A stretch of 64,000 nucleotides of DNA from Takakia lepidozioides (GCA_030704615.1 CM060731.1:61938001-62002000); one strand, 5' to 3'; positions 13,201 through 27,821 are shown, counted from the first letter of the stretch. Numbers and translations: made by a program. The notes: a model not told the origin generated them from the letters alone.

Positions 13201-15350
13201 CGCCAAAAGAAGGAGATGCAGCTTTTGACCAACAAAAATCCATCATCTTGAAACCAACAAATCTTTTATTGAATATGTTATCCATGTCCATCTATGACGA
13301 TGTAGAGATCATAAAGGAGATTCAGGAAGCACTAAAGAGCAACTAATTTGCCATGACACTACGAAATTAACTAAATCGACCTCGAGACAACCCACATGTT
13401 ACAAACGACTTCGAAATCAAAGATGACTTACTTTATTTCAAAAGACTTCTTTATGTACCTCCAGGATCTACACGACTTCGAATTCTTCAAACATGTCATG
13501 ATCTTCCGGCTGCAGGACATTTCGGCTTCAACAAAACAATGGAATTGATATCCAGGGACTATGGTGGCCGCAGGTATGGAAACTCGTGAAAGAATTTGTA
13601 AAATCTTGTGACACCTGTGCTAGGGCAAAGTGACCATGACATTAACCTTACGGCCTTCTTCAACCATTACCCATTCCCAAGGATCCTTGGTTATGGACTT
13701 TATTATGGACCTTCCAATTTCCAAGACCACCGACTCAATCCTTGTTATTGTGGATCGTTTTACGAAGATGACACATTTCATTCCATGTAATAAGACGGTT
13801 ACAGGCGAGGAACTGCAAGACTCTTCCTCAATAATATCTACCGCATTCATGGACACCCAAAGGAGATCGTATCTGATCAATGATCACAATTCCTATCAAA
13901 TTTCTGGAGAGGATTATTTCACATATTAGATACTAAGATCAACCTCTCTATAGCTAATCATCCACAGACTGATGGTCAAACCGAACGCGTAAACCAGATT
14001 TTGGAGCAACATCTTCGTTGTACGATAAATTTTCACCAAGATAATTGTACGGACCTTTTGCCATTAGCTGAGTTTGCCTACAACAACACCATACATTCTT
14101 CGACCAAACAAATTCTATTTTTCTCCAATTATGGTCATCATCCTTGAATAAACCCTTTTCACATGAAAACTGTTGGAAGCCCTGCTGTAGAAAACCTTGC
14201 TACTCATCTTACTACGATTCACAAGGAGCTTACATTCCGCCTCGCGGAAGCTCAAAAATAATACAAGGAGTATGCAGATCAACATCGTCAACTTCAACTC
14301 CAGTTTAAGGTGAGAGATCGTGTATGGCTTTTTCGACGGGACATACAAACCTCGCGACCATCAATAAAGTTGGATTATCAACGCCTGAGACCATTCAAAA
14401 TTATTCGACAAATAAATCGGGTTAGTTTTTGGCTTGAACTCCCATGAAATATGCGCATCCATCCAGTATTTCATGTTTCATTATTGGAGTTGTATCATCC
14501 ATCGAATATTCTAGGGAGAGTCTCCGTACCACCTCCACCAATCGACGTCAATCAGGAAATCGGGTATGAAGTCGATGAACTCCTAGACTCTCGCATCAAG
14601 TATAAACGTCTTGAGTATTTCGTACATTGGAAATGCTACGACATCAATAAACGAATGTGGGAACCTTCATCCAACCTCGACAATGCATCTGACAAGCCCA
14701 AGAGTTTCATCAACGATATCCAGCTAAGCCCCGAACTACACGTTAATAAGACGTTATAACGATAATGCCAGCCAAGTTAGCTTCAAGGTGAAGACTCCAC
14801 ATTCAGTGTACCTGATACATGCTAAGGAGGGAAAAACACCACACATCAATATATATAGTTACACTTCCAGCACTCTTGCATATTGTATTGACAGCATTGA
14901 GTCACAAGGAACCAGATATGTTAGAGCTGTCGCTTATCCAACTACCAGATCAGCCGTTCCGACTCTCACGACCTTCAACATCACGCCGACGTTCACGAGA
15001 CGATAAGCCACTAATACGCGGATTTCCTCGTCTGGACCCCGTACGACGGCAAGTGGAGCCTACTCGAAGTCTGATAATTTTGTTGGAGGTTGAGGCTTCA
15101 AACCCAGAGGGTAACAAAATCATGTTTGAAGACAGTTTAAAAAATCAGAATGCTCAAGTCACTGCGTGGTCCCAAGTTCAAGGTGTTTGATACTATCGAT
15201 GGTTACATGGACCTATAAATTATTTGAGTCAAGAACGAAGAGCCGAATACTTGGCAAATATTATTTGCCGGATTTTGGATTTTCTCCAGCTCTAAGCAAG
15301 TCCAAGATTTTACCACTCCTCGAGGAATTCGGCGCTAGAGGAGAGAGTGA

Positions 15351-15919
15351 TATAACGGACATAGCCCATAAGAACTTACCGGGAGTAGATACCAGAAATT
15401 ATCAAGTTATCATGTTACCAAAAGTTATCATGATCTACCATGATTTACCATAAGTTATCATAAGTTATCAAGTTATCAAGTTATCAAAAGTTTACCAAAT
15501 TACCGAGAATAACTTGGGAAACTGCTTAAGAAGCTTCGTTTGCTTCAGGAAACTTCTCCATCAAGATACCTCATTTGTTTAAGGAAATTTCTCCATTAAG
15601 AAACCTCTTTTGGGGAAGCCTCTTAGGGAACCTCCTAACAGCCAGTATATATAGAAGGCGAGACTGGACACTCTTCAGTCTCACCAACACCAGTTCAAGC
15701 TAATGTTGTTTCCAGTTTCCAGTACTCCAGTCCAATTTCCAGCATTCCAGTATTTAAGTCGCGTTCCAATATCTTGTACTGTTGTTCATTGTTATAAAAA
15801 TCGTCTTGATTTCTATTTACTCATCATGCTTTCGGCCACGCCGACCTTGACTTCTTGTCTAGTCTTGTACCTCTAGTCTGATCTTTTGTTAGTGTTCAGT
15901 CATGTTCTCGTCCTTAACA
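15351..15919 (+). repeat. 3' LTR of the Gypsy element
   Basis: Starts TATAACGGAC (cf. TGTCACGGAC), ends TCCTTAACA, follows the PPT. Confidence 0.92.
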
Positions 15920-16896
15920 TCTATTATGGGTGATTTGGTCTGTCTTCATTTAAAGATATGGGGTTAACATCTTCTGTAGGTGAATAATATTGACATTTCA
16001 AACCTGGAGATGTCACTTCTTGGACCTGTCGATTTGCTTTCTTTGTAGTGGTCATGTGTATACTGCCAACAGACGGGCTGATTGTTGTGGACATTGTAGC
16101 TCTAGCATGGGTGAAATGTCCATCTTGTTCATAAATGGTAGCTCAATGGACAGTGCCAGGTCTTGTAATATAGTAGCTCATAATGTAGGGTATTTCACCT
16201 TCGTAACTGCATTCTTCTGCCAAGCTCGACGAAGATGCCACAAGCACAAGAAAATAACACAATCACCCTAGACAAATGTGTTTTCTTGTCAGGTTTGCCG
16301 GGGTAACATACAAGAGGGCCGTAGTTTTGTCCTCTGGACCATATGAGCAGTGATACCTACAACCACAAACTACATTCCGTTACTATCACTCCAAGGGGAC
16401 TCGGGCACTCTCTGCATTCATAAAAATCATGGAATAGGCATTGCAACACATGAACGACAGCCCTATGTACCTTGTTATAGTCAAAGCACTGTTGGTACGA
16501 GGAGCTAACAAATTAAGGCTCAACATAAGAGAGGAGAGCCATATTTTCATAACACATATCAAATAACGCTCTAGTCATGTCATTTTCAAGTGTAAATTTT
16601 TACATAGCAAAGATTTCATAACATGAAGGGTGACATTTTTTTCCCGACAATAATTTATAATAAAGTCCCTAGGGCTATAATCCCCCTTTTACCTGAAAAT
16701 AAAATAAAAAATGGTGACATAACAAAACAGCATGTAACATTTATCCAAGTAGACTCTAATACATGCCTCATGTTTGGAAATTACGAAATTACCTAGGTGA
16801 GATGCCTAAATAATGAAAACGAATCTGCCTAATAATATTCCATTTTTTTAAATTATTATTAGGCGCTGAAGTGCCTAATAAGCTAGGTAAGTAGGG

Positions 16897-17173
16897 TAGT
16901 AATGGAACAAAGGTGGTGCAGTAATCAGCCATCAAAGCCTTGCATTGACCTTTCGCATTTTGCAATCATGTCGTCGAGAGAATGGACATACGAGACATAC
17001 AACCATTGGAGACTCGAATGGCAAGCAAGTGTCCGCATTCACAGCTTACCTAAGTTACCCAGCCTTCCGTCAAATTGATCTTCTGACTCGAGGAAGTTGG
17101 CTGAAGCAGACAGGCTTTCGGTGTACACGCGTTACGCAGTGTGTAAGAAACTTACACAAGTGACCACTGAATA
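16897..17173 (+). repeat. Direct repeat of the nsLTP upstream region (57568-57854)
   Basis: TAGTAATG(G/A)AACAAAGGTGGTGCAGTAATCAGCC...GACCACTGAATA is shared with 57568-57854, with small indels. Confidence 0.9.
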
Positions 17174-17174
17174 C

Positions 17175-20100
17175 TATATTTCAATCCTGCGACGGTGAAG
17201 ATGCTTAGTAATTTGAAGGTAGGGCCCTCTACCTGCAAATTCTGCTCCAACTCTCGACTTTATTACCACAGTTATCTTATGGACAAACTCATAGCCCATG
17301 GATGATGTCTGTCCATCAGTAGGACTTTCGGCAAACCTGGCTTAGACATGGGTATTTAAGAAATGCTGACCTGATGAACATTGCATGTGGTGAAGATTTA
17401 GTGCGTAGGAAGCTGTCACTGCTGGTTGATCCTTCCAGTTTGGTCATGAGCTACCCTTTGGCTAGCTAAAGAGGTTGTTGACAGGGGGGCCGGGGAGAAG
17501 GAATGGGGCTTATGCTGATGATTTTGTCTGATTACTGTTGCAGGTGTTGACAATAGCACTGCTGTTGAAGGCAGTTATGAAGCGACGATTTTCTGTAATG
17601 CAGGTCTGTATTTCATACTTGTGTTCCTTCCTTCTGCTTACGTCTTTCAATTTGGATTGTAATACGTACTGATCTTTTCATAATTCCTGTGCGATCTCAG
17701 TGGGAAGCACTGGACGTGCTATTGCTCGTAGGCATAAGTGTGAACCAGCTGCACACAACTGCAGCTGGAACGACAATGCTTGGTGGTCCTATTGCTATGG
17801 CAGCATATGTGTACACCCTCATCTTTGTGAGTGTTATGCTACTTCCTCTGCAAGAGATGCCTAGTGATAGACACATTCTCTGGGTCTATAAGGACCTCTT
17901 TGGGTCAGATGTCCACAATAGCCCTAAGTTCACCTGCTTAGTGGCTGCAGCCAACAATTGAACTATTATCCCATTGCTGTTTTCCTGGCATATGACTTTT
18001 ATTGAATTTTGAATAGCTTAATAGTGTGGGTGGGACATGCAAAGCTGATGTTTCAACTTCGAGTTGTGTATGGCAGGTGACAGTTCCTTCATTGGCTTCT
18101 GTTTACAATGAGTACGCACTCAAGAGCCAGTTTGAGACTAGCGTCCACCTTCAGGTCTCTCTCTCTCTTTGCATTCTCATGGGCCCTTGGGCCCTCCCTG
18201 TGTATGTTCTCAAAAAAATTTCTTTCCTGCTTGCTTTCTCAGTTCTCTGGGCCTGATTCAATGGGATGTGGTTTAAGGAGGGTTTAAGAGTTGTGTCAGT
18301 TCCTAATTTAGTTTGCTACACAAATGGGAGAAGCTCATTCTGCAAGTTCAATCTCTGACTGCATCTCAGTTTTGAAGGATGTATTATACTTGTGTACATT
18401 CTCTTGGGTTTCTGTTTACCTCTATTTGTGATGGTTTACTAAGGATGTTTGTTTCAAAATGCAGAATCTATTTTTGTATGGGTATGGTGCGCTCTTCAAT
18501 TTTATTGCAATAATTGTTTCGACTCTCTACCATGGTATACAAATGTTTCCCTCTTTCCTCACTAAACCCCAACTATGAAGAGCTTTTGGACTCCAGTAAG
18601 TGAAATGAATATGGGAGAATGATATTTGAGCAAAAAACATTTACTAGGACAAGAAGGTGAGAGTCTTGAATGGCTGACGCTGGGGTGGGGTAGGTGGAAA
18701 TCGCTTTAACATTCTGGAGGGCCATTCCAATGCCACAATGTTCCTTATCCTCATCAACGCTGCCCAGGGTATCCTGTCCTCATTTTTCTTCATATATGCA
18801 GGTAAAGTGATCTGTCTATATTTTCTCTCTCCATAAGATGCAAGCAAAAAAAAATCAAAGTGGTCACTTTCATGCATGCAATGGCGAAGTATTTACAGTT
18901 TCCTTTGGATAGTAAATGTCCTGTATCTTGAGCTGAAGTAAATTATGGATTATTTGGTGGTTTCTTTCTCTCTTGATTCAACTCACAAAAGGAGTTCTCC
19001 AAGACGTACATTTCACAGCCTAATTGTCATGTGCGTATTCACAGACACGATACTGACGAATTACTCATCAACAATGGCCACCATATTCACGGGCCTGGCA
19101 TCTGCAGCATTGTTCGGCCACACACTCACCATCAATTTTGTGCTAGGTGTCTCGATTGTTTTCATCTCCGTGCACCAGGTTTTCCCTTCGTTCTCATTCA
19201 AAAGGGTAGCTCAAATTTTAGGGTCGTTTTGTGATCAAATCAAAACGTAACACTCACACTATTGCATGCTTCAGCTTTCCTCAGTCTGATGTGACAATGA
19301 CGTATGAATGAGCTTTCAAGAGGACAGACTGTACTTAGGGCACTAAATCTATACTTTATGCGGCCCTGTACATATTCAAATCCACAATGGGTTCTGATTG
19401 AGATTATGCTACGTGTTCCCCCCTCCTTCAAGCAGGAGTATCAAGCCATAGTCAGATATCTAGAAGGCTTCTCGATTTCTCGGGGAAGCCAGATTCAGAA
19501 ATACTAATGCTAGCTGGCCTTCCCACATGAGGTAATAAATCCATTTGGTCACTGGACTGGGGTACTGAAGATGATGGTGGGCCTTGCTGGTGCCCATCAT
19601 TTTCTTAACATATTGTGGTTTCGAATCAGCCAATGATTGCAACATCCATAGAATGCTGCCATTTGCTAGAACTTGTGTCATCTATGTTCTCAGTTCAGCT
19701 TTACCAGAAGTTCAATAGTAGGAGTCAACAGCATAAGAGTTTTGAAAAAGGTTGCTACATGGGTCACTTGTATTGCAGCAGTTTTTCTCGTCCCTCTCAA
19801 AGCCAAGTAAGGATGCTGAAGAAAATGCCAACACGCTGGAGCCCTCTGGCAAGAAGCTCAAGTATGTGCTTTACATTCTCTCTCTTTAAGTGTGGTTTTG
19901 GAAAAGGCAATTAGGTAGAGGCAGCAGGCCTAATGGAGCAAGGAAACACTAAAAGTTATGTTTGCTTTTGCCATAATTCTCCTTTGTTGGTGATGGTTGA
20001 TCTTGGGTTTCAATGCTTTGAAGCCCAAATTCACTGTTGGGGTTTTCTGTGCTGACATTGCAGCAAGAAGGATTCGTCATTGTCAACATGGCTGCTGCCG

Positions 20101-20690
20101 CATCTGAGGATGTGAGTCCACTTCCTTGAGTGTGTTCTACTGAACATATATCAGTAAAAAGTCATGCCCTCTGTAGTCTCAATGCAGCCTTAACTAGTTG
20201 CATTATGAAATTGCACTCTTTGGATTATGAACCTAAAGTGAAAGATAAGGCAGTTGATGTGGTTGATGGTAAGTGTGGAAAGACGAATGGAATGCTTTCT
20301 GGCTCTTTATATTGAACGTTGGGAGCCCTCTTTTACAAGGTCAACAGCAAAATGGTACAAAAGTTCAGGCTAATATCAAGCTCACAATACAGCTGCATGG
20401 CACATGATTGAGAAACCGGGAGAGGTGGATTAGACAAGCAGGACGGTGATGATCTGAAGGGGTTCGTTTTAGGGGGCTGGTGGTTCTGGCCTGCTGGATC
20501 ATCCCCATAATTGCACTTAGGAATCATCTAAGTTGCATTGGAAAGGGTACTCTGAGTAAGTACTTGTTGTATGAAGTTTCCCTGCACATTGCTGACTATA
20601 CACTTGGGACGGGGACTGTGGCGGGGGGATGTGCAGGCAAGCCACAACATTGGAATCCTCAAGGAGAGAGAACCTCTCCTTCCTAAATAA
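17175..20690 (+). pseudogene. 5'-truncated duplicate of the nucleotide-sugar transporter gene
   Basis: Begins inside the LYFNPATVK exon without an acceptor; 1-nt deletion near 20081 (TCATTGTCAAC vs TCATTGGTCAAC); conserved ILKKYS changed to ILTNYS and FFFKY to FFFIY; homology with copy A continues to ~21800. Confidence 0.9.
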
Positions 20691-22260
20691 GTCGTTCAGC
20701 GTTTACCTGACATTTTCTACTTTACTTAATGCAGTCTAAGATGTAGCATGTGTACAAGTAATTCTGCCATCCCCGTATGGGTTGTTAACCATATTCATTG
20801 TGTGCAAAGCCAAGCTTATAGAGCTTGACCCATTGATAACTTCTTATCTCAATAAGAAGAGTGAGCTGCTCTGCTGGTGCCGAGCTGCATCAGAAATTTT
20901 GCGGAGGAAATGTTGCCGGGTACCTTGTGGATGTGGGAGTGAAGACTTCCTGAAAAAGTACTTAGGAAAAAAGACATGCTTTGATGAAACGCCGCTTGAA
21001 GTAGTGTGGCTTTAAATCATTAAAATGGCCGGCCTTATTAGACACTGCTTGACATATCCTTGTGGCCGTAGACACCATCCATAGTCCAGAGGGGCACAGA
21101 AGTTGTGGGCAAAGGGTGGGGGTAGAGGATAAGAGGATCAACAGAATCGACCACTTACTGGCTGCTGCAGCAGTGGTTACAACTTTGTACATGAACTCAA
21201 CTTCTGACATCAGCTTAGAGGAAGAGAGTCTGTCTGACCAGCCCTGTGAATGTCAGTGGTAGAGAAGAAACGTGAAGTTATCTGACCTGTAGTTTACCGA
21301 AGATGACCGGAAAAGTGGAATTCTGTGGCTTTTACACACAAATGTACTCAGTGTTGCAACTTTTGCTTGTATATTTCCATTTTTTATGTCTACCCTTTGG
21401 ACTTTCTCAATCTCTCTGGGGCTAGATGTGTTCTGAAGGGATTGTTTAAAGGAGCTGATGTCATGCTACCCTTGCTGAGGTTTCTCACAGGGACAATTTG
21501 AGCACTGAGAATATAGACACTGGAAAGGAGTAGGCAGAACATGGAACTGAAAATGTGAGAGAGGTGAGGTGTATGACATGAGCACTGAAAAGAGGTTTGT
21601 TTTGTTTGGATCACTGATAACTTGTGAAATATGTCGGCTGGCAATACAATTTGTGCTTCCAAAGCTTCTGCCTTATCAGGCTGCGGGGCACAGGGAGGCA
21701 GCGAAATCTTTTCTGGACTACAGGACACATACATGAATGGGACCATTGCGGGGTTTGCATAACTAGAGTCTAAATCATCGTTTCCACTTAGCTGCGGTGC
21801 CTACTCATCTTCATTGCAGAAGCGACTTCCTAGATTCCAGTCTGAGAAAAGTCACAGTGTACGCCTCCTCCACAGTACCATAGATTGAGTGGGCTTTCAA
21901 AATTTGTGCTGGCACCTGATTCTTCTGTTACTCTCTTTTCCTCCACTTCCCCTTATTGAACAGGATGTGGAGTTTACATTGGTAATATGGTCATTTAGTT
22001 ACCGTACCTAAACAAAATCCTCATCTTTCTCCCAAACTCCTATCATTATACATTAGCTATATATCTACACCAACCATGCATTACATTGAGAATACCACCA
22101 TGCTAAAAGCCTGTGAGAGTTTCGACATGGAGAGCACTGTCGAACACGCATTACAAAGGCTATGGCCTGCCTGGATAAGGACCACAATGGTGTTGCCTAA
22201 TCTATAAGCATCCACAGGCAGGGAGTATCCATAGTGCATAAGCATGTGACGGATCACGTG

Positions 22261-25200
22261 TCATGTGTCCAATGCAGGGCCGGGGTAAGCTGGAAGACTC
22301 AGAATGCGCTTGTCGACAACAGGGACCCCAATAGTGAAGTGATATAGACTTTGAAATTCTCTGCCCTTCAATCCAAGCACCTCATGCACTGCATGTGACA
22401 CAAACATGGCACAATTTCAGACTGCAGTGTCTACAATACAATAAAATGAGACAGAGGGAAGTCGTACATTCGGAGTTGCATCTGACTTAAAGAGGCATGC
22501 TCATCTCCGGTGAGTTACCAGAGAGATCTGAAGCCATTGACGATTCCTCTTAATCTTTGGCTATGACATACCCTCAAGACGTAGTCCCAGCAGGACACCA
22601 TAAGGGGTCAATTGACCCATGCCCATGCTGTTTGCCGAAAGCCAGTGAAAGTTCACTCACAGGATTTGGAGTGACCATTTTAGGGGTCGTACTGGCAGTG
22701 CGGAAGACTTTTTGCTGAAGCATGCGGAACTTATGGTGTCAGTTCACCCCGAAGGGCTACTGCCTTCTGTTTGGAAGGCCGCTTGTAACGGCCAACCCTA
22801 ACCAGTTGCCAATTACCCCACTTCTGTAGCTAGGTTGGCCATAATGGGTGACATCCAACATACACCTATATGGCTTTGAACCCAAACCACTTTAAGGCGG
22901 CCTTGTGCCCTAACCATTGGGCCATCTGTTGGATGCTTCTTGAACTGGCATAATACTAGAAGGCAGAATAGATTCCAGCGGAGATGCCCTACTCACATGT
23001 ACTGTGGCTGTACGGCCAATTAAGTAATGTAGTGAGAAAGGGATGGGAGAGAAAGATGGAAGAAAAAGAAGAGAGAAATAGAGACGGACCAGGGTCATCA
23101 AAGTAGCAGCCAATTCCAGTCGCAGAGATGCCCACTGCATGTGCTTCCAGGTACAGAATCTGACCAATCAACCCCGATTCCCAAAAAAGGCGTGGGTACA
23201 TCCAGGCGCCCCGCTCTCTCAGTGCGGGCTCAAACCTGGCCACCATGCCCAGGCTGAAACAGCTATCCCCAGCTATTTCCTGCATAAGAAACACCACTTT
23301 GGCGTGTCATCAGTCTCCTATTTGTCCGATCAGCTCAACGAGAGACAGGTAAGTATCTGAGAGTGCGGGAGAAAGAGAAGATAAATGACTGTTACAATGT
23401 CCACCAAGGACCCAGGGGGTCTTTGGGAGAGGGTAGGTACTCATCCACTGTTCCCTGTGAACGTTGGCTGTGACATACCCTGGAGGACATAGTGCCTGCC
23501 CGATAAAAATCCTCCAGGAGAAATTTTGTGGCCGTTTCAGCACAACATGAGACACCTGAAATTGTCATCAAACTAGCACATAGCTGATGATGGTCCGGTT
23601 TCAGATAATTGGAGAGAGAGAAGAAGTAATAAGAATGAAAGAAAGAAGGGCACACACCTGGTTACAGGACAGACGTGCTGCCAGAACTCGACAATCTCCG
23701 CTATGCAGTAAATAGAGTGGTAAGTCAGAAGGGCAATCTGCTGGCTTCTCCCAAGTAAACTCTGGCCGCATTGACTGTCGGAGAGCTTTTTCATGCGCTG
23801 AATTCCGGACCAGGAAGTAGATTCCTGGCTGCAGTCCCACCACTCGGTGCACAAACAAGGCCAGGTGAACCTCAGCTTTCCATGGCAATGCTCCTAGGGG
23901 AAGTTGACGAGGGTCCCCTTGTAGCCCCACCCCTCCTCCCGTAGGGAGTGATTTCAGCAGAATTTGATAAAATGCATCTTTCTGCATGCCATACTGACCA
24001 TCCATGTCCACAGCACTCCGCCGATTGCGCACCACCTGACACCCACTAATCATGTTTTCTGTCAAACACTACTATAACTGAAAGAGGTCATGCTAATGGA
24101 GGTATGTATATAGATGCATGGATACTTGGAGACACCTTATGGAGATCTCAGAGAAAGACAAGACCTGATTCCACAAGGGCTAGGGCCCATAGTGCCCACT
24201 TCCCAATTTAAGCCTCAAAAATAATAAAACATTGCATACCTTTCGCAATGTTAGTGGTTCATACACGGAGGATGCCAACGGCGACTCGGCAGTTGGCATT
24301 GAACCTGAGTGGGGTGAGAGGCCCTTAGCAGGCATCACAGAGGCCTCGGCCGCCTTATATATAATTCCCCACCTCACATGCTCCTTGCTTAACACATTCA
24401 GCTTGCCCTTCCACACTATGTTGTCCATGCGCTCTACCAAAAATGAAGATACACGTGGCTCAGCTGGAATTGGAGCTACCACCTGACCTGATTGTCATTA
24501 CAATCCCGATCAGTTCCATGAGTTGAAAATTGATCTCAACAAGGATTGTGCATTACTGTTGGTGGCATTAGTATCATTCTGGAATCATACTAGTTTAAGG
24601 CAGAGGCCACCTCAACAACATGTTGGGTGAATGCTCACTTATCTTTGACATTCATTTTTTGAGACACAACATGCAAAACGTAGGACCATCCCACATACCA
24701 CTTCAATGAGGTTATTGTTTCTACATGTCACTAACAGCACCATTCGTACAGCCAAGCTTTGGCAACCACTTTCAGCAATGAAGCAAGAATGACACAAAAC
24801 AAGGACAGCTTCAAGTTACTGAGCTGAAAAAACTTCACAACTAACCAAAAGATATTCAGAGACTCTGTTACACCTTACCAACTCACCCCAGGGAAAAACC
24901 GCCATAATGCAGTCTGCATGCTCATGCTCAAGCTCCCGAAAGACACCCTTAGCAGGTTCAGCATCTGTGGGGACCCGAGTATGTTGTGCCACCCCAAACA
25001 GATGTGCAAGCTGCAGGCTGCTGAAGCCATCGAGGAGGCACGAATTCCAGCCAAGAGATCCTGCTGCCACAGCCACCGCTCCAATCGCATGGCCCACATC
25101 ATGATTGCAATACCTGCATAAAATGCACTTTGTACATTTAAGACAACTTTCCCAAATGTACCGGGCAAGGGCTCTTTCTGGACAACCCTGCAATGGGAAG

Positions 25201-26609
25201 TCTCTTATTCCATTTCTTGATGCCAATATCAATGCCAATGCCCCCACAATGACAGTAAGACACCTGTTCATTGCAAACAGAGTAATTGCTGCCCAACATT
25301 CCTAAGAAGATTTGGAGATTTAGTCTCTAACTTCATGAATACATAACTTGCACCTTTTGGGGTAGCAGTCATTGTATGCATGGTCTTCCTCAAACAATTG
25401 ATGATAGCGTTCCATGCTGAGATAAAATCGGTCAACCAAAGTTGGCAGCTCTCACACTAGTGACATCCATATTGTGGGACAAACAGGGGTGTCTTACCAT
25501 TATTTGACATGAGGAAACCAAGAGCTTTCTTTTGCCACTGGGTTGCCACACATCAGACCTCTTCTTCAGATGCTTGTCTCATGGAGGCCATTGTAATGGG
25601 TTCCTGGTAAGGACTTGCTGATTATCTGGGACATTACACCCTACACTGAAAGTTTTTCTTTTTAAGGAATCACACAGAATACATTTGTGGATTCATTGTC
25701 TGGAAGTGGGTGGCTCAATTTGATGGTCCAAAACATTCAATGACAGATTGTATGGTGAATCAACTGTAGTATTCCTTTCCCCCACTCTGACATAACAGCA
25801 ATAGACTTAGACAACCCCATTCTCCATTCCCGTGATTGAAGAAAATTGGAACTCCCAACCCAAAGCAGAATTTCATGATTTGAAAGTAAAGGCAGCCAGA
25901 CAGAGATCTACCTGAATGCCCTCTCCCCATACTTCCAAGCCTCGCGCCAAAAGATAGACGTGAATCCCACCAGCAGTGCCCCGGAAGGCAAACCCTCCGT
26001 GAGATCCCGCCATAGCTCAGGAGTTATTTCCGCCCTAATTTCAAGAGCATGCTCCTTGGGAGCGTAATGGGCAATGAAGGGAGTGGCTGATACCCCTTCA
26101 ATGGGACCAGAAATCACATACCCTTCAGTGGGATGCAGATTACCGCTGCTGGGATTCACTCTGAGTGACCACGTTGAGCGACCAGCGGACTTCCAGGCAG
26201 ACAAGGCAAGGCTATCATAGAGGAGCTGTGAAAGAGAGGCCTTGGTGAGGGGCTTGGGCAACACAGAGCCTGAAAACACTGCTGGGTACAAGGGGTCATG
26301 GGTGCTGACTGATGCGGATTCTGGCAGGTGATCCAAATTCTGCACTGGGGCCCCCACATATCGTCGAAATGGGTTGGGCTGGTTCGCCCAGTCCAGCCCG
26401 TGAGGCCCCGTGGCGTACTTCCTGAACGAGTGCTTGGTTGTCTCATGGTACTGGATCACCGTGGCGATTTTGGCCTCGGATTCTTTCTCAGAAAACTGAA
26501 GCTCAGGGGCACCTGCAACCGCCATCGCCCTGGATCGCACCAGAGACAATGATAGAGGCGAGGGCAGGCGCTTGAGAGCGCCATAGCCAAGGCCAGGCAG
26601 GGCCACCAT
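22261..26609 (-). CDS. Nitroreductase-family (SagB/ThcOx-like, tandem domain) protein, Arabidopsis At1g02020-like, ~622 aa; exons 26609-25912, 25113-24887, 24487-24240, 24035-23658, 23279-23090, 22388-22261
   Basis: In-phase GT-AG exons encoding YHETTKH...GPHGLDWANQPNPFRRY, LRVNPSSGNLHPTEGY, WREAWKYGERAFRYCNHDVGHA, RRSAVDMDG, YPRLFWESGLIGQILYLEAHAVGISATGIGCYFDDPVHEVLG...YHFTIG; Ser/Arg/Leu-rich N-terminus resembles a transit peptide; start codon inferred. Confidence 0.9.
22700..22935 (-). mobile_element. tRNA-derived SINE in the last intron of the nitroreductase gene
   Basis: Minus strand has A-box TGGCCCAATGG and B-box GGGTTCAAAGCC; shares core GGAAGGCAGTAGCCCT with 40718-40880 and 43130-43292. 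Confidence 0.7.
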
Positions 26610-26749
26610 AGCTGGCGCTTCTCCAACTTCCTCTTGTTCCTTTCCCCGCCTTCTAACACATGCCCATTGGTCGAGGCCATGTGGCAACACAGATGATGGT
26701 CCCGCGTTCAAATTCACCAAACGTAGCCACTCCAGCTGGATAGAGGGAA

Positions 26750-26772
26750 TCTCTCTCTCTCTCTCTCTCTCT
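26750..26772. repeat. (CT)n/(GA)n microsatellite upstream of the nitroreductase start
   Basis: About 11 CT units read directly. Confidence 0.9.
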
Positions 26773-27821
26773 CCTCGCAGAAAATTCCAGGGCATATATG
26801 TTGAGTGACAAACTCCTCGATAGTTTCCACTGGACTTCAAAGGTCGATTCAAACAGCATGAGAACTGTTTCCGACCTCCTGCTTGAAACTATACAATGTG
26901 GTTCAGGATCTACTCGCGATTGATTGTCCTGCCTGGGAAGCCATAGCCAACGCTAGCAAGGCTAACAAGTGTTCTCCTTTGTGCCATGGGCCCTTGAGGC
27001 CTCCGGTAGGCGGTATACAGGATTTTTTTGTTTCTCTCTCTTCAAAAAAAATTTCATGGCATTCCCACTGATTCAGCAAGGAGCTGTGTCTGCAGGCAGG
27101 TAGGGCGGACTGGTCACTCTGTGAATTATGAGTTGTCATTTTCAGCTACTTGGGGCGCAAGGAAGAGGAGCAATTCGGTATAGCAGTTTTGCTGAAGGAG
27201 GCAGCGATGGAGTATGGGTGCAGAATCCTAGAGGACCACATTTCAAGCACAAGAGTTACAATGAGGGACTATGGATTGATGGCTACAGTCAATTTGCGTG
27301 GGTTCATGGCCAATTGGAGAAGCTGGAGGCAGCGAGGGGAAAGTCTGTGGCAAGCCCAGGTGGTGGACATCCGTCAGGGCGCTTCGGGTATGGCAGATGT
27401 AGACCTCACTTATGGTCCTTCTCTTTTAGTTGCAGGGGGTTTTCTGCTAAGTACTCTCTCATGGTAATCACACTGTGAGCCACCCATTGGATTCGAAGGA
27501 GCAGAGTTTCTTTTGTTTTCGACTGAAGGATAGATTACTTCTCTCCGTTAGACAGAAATGGAGTAGGAAAGTTGTGTTGGGTGCATAGGAAGCCACACAC
27601 CGAGGGAGTTTTATACAGTTGGTGTATGCTGTAACTTCTTCTCAGACTCAGTTGATAAGTGAGAAGGATTGCAGCTATGGTAACATGTTGCAATCGTGCA
27701 CGTCCATGCTGTGGAAGAGTAACCAACTCAAATTCTAATATGTAAAGAAGCCTGTCCTCGGGAGAAGTTTTTTTTTCCATGAGTTTGGAGTGTCAAGATT
27801 TATAACTAACAGCTTTCATTG

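Larger units (their letters stand above)
9615..15919 (+). mobile_element. Full-length decayed Ty3/Gypsy chromovirus (Tcn1/Tf1-sushi-like)
   Basis: Paired LTRs, near-TSD TCCAT/TCTAT, PPT AGAGGAGAGAG (15337-15347); gag (PKVSMPEKFDG), protease (LDSDA), RT (YVGD for YxDD), RNase H, integrase and chromodomain (YEVDELLDSR...YFVHWK...WEPSSNL), all with stops or frameshifts. Confidence 0.95.

Noticed and set aside
26610-26852. N-terminal extension of the 314-aa nitroreductase ORF
   Set aside because: It starts at a non-ATG codon and crosses a GA microsatellite; most likely 5' UTR
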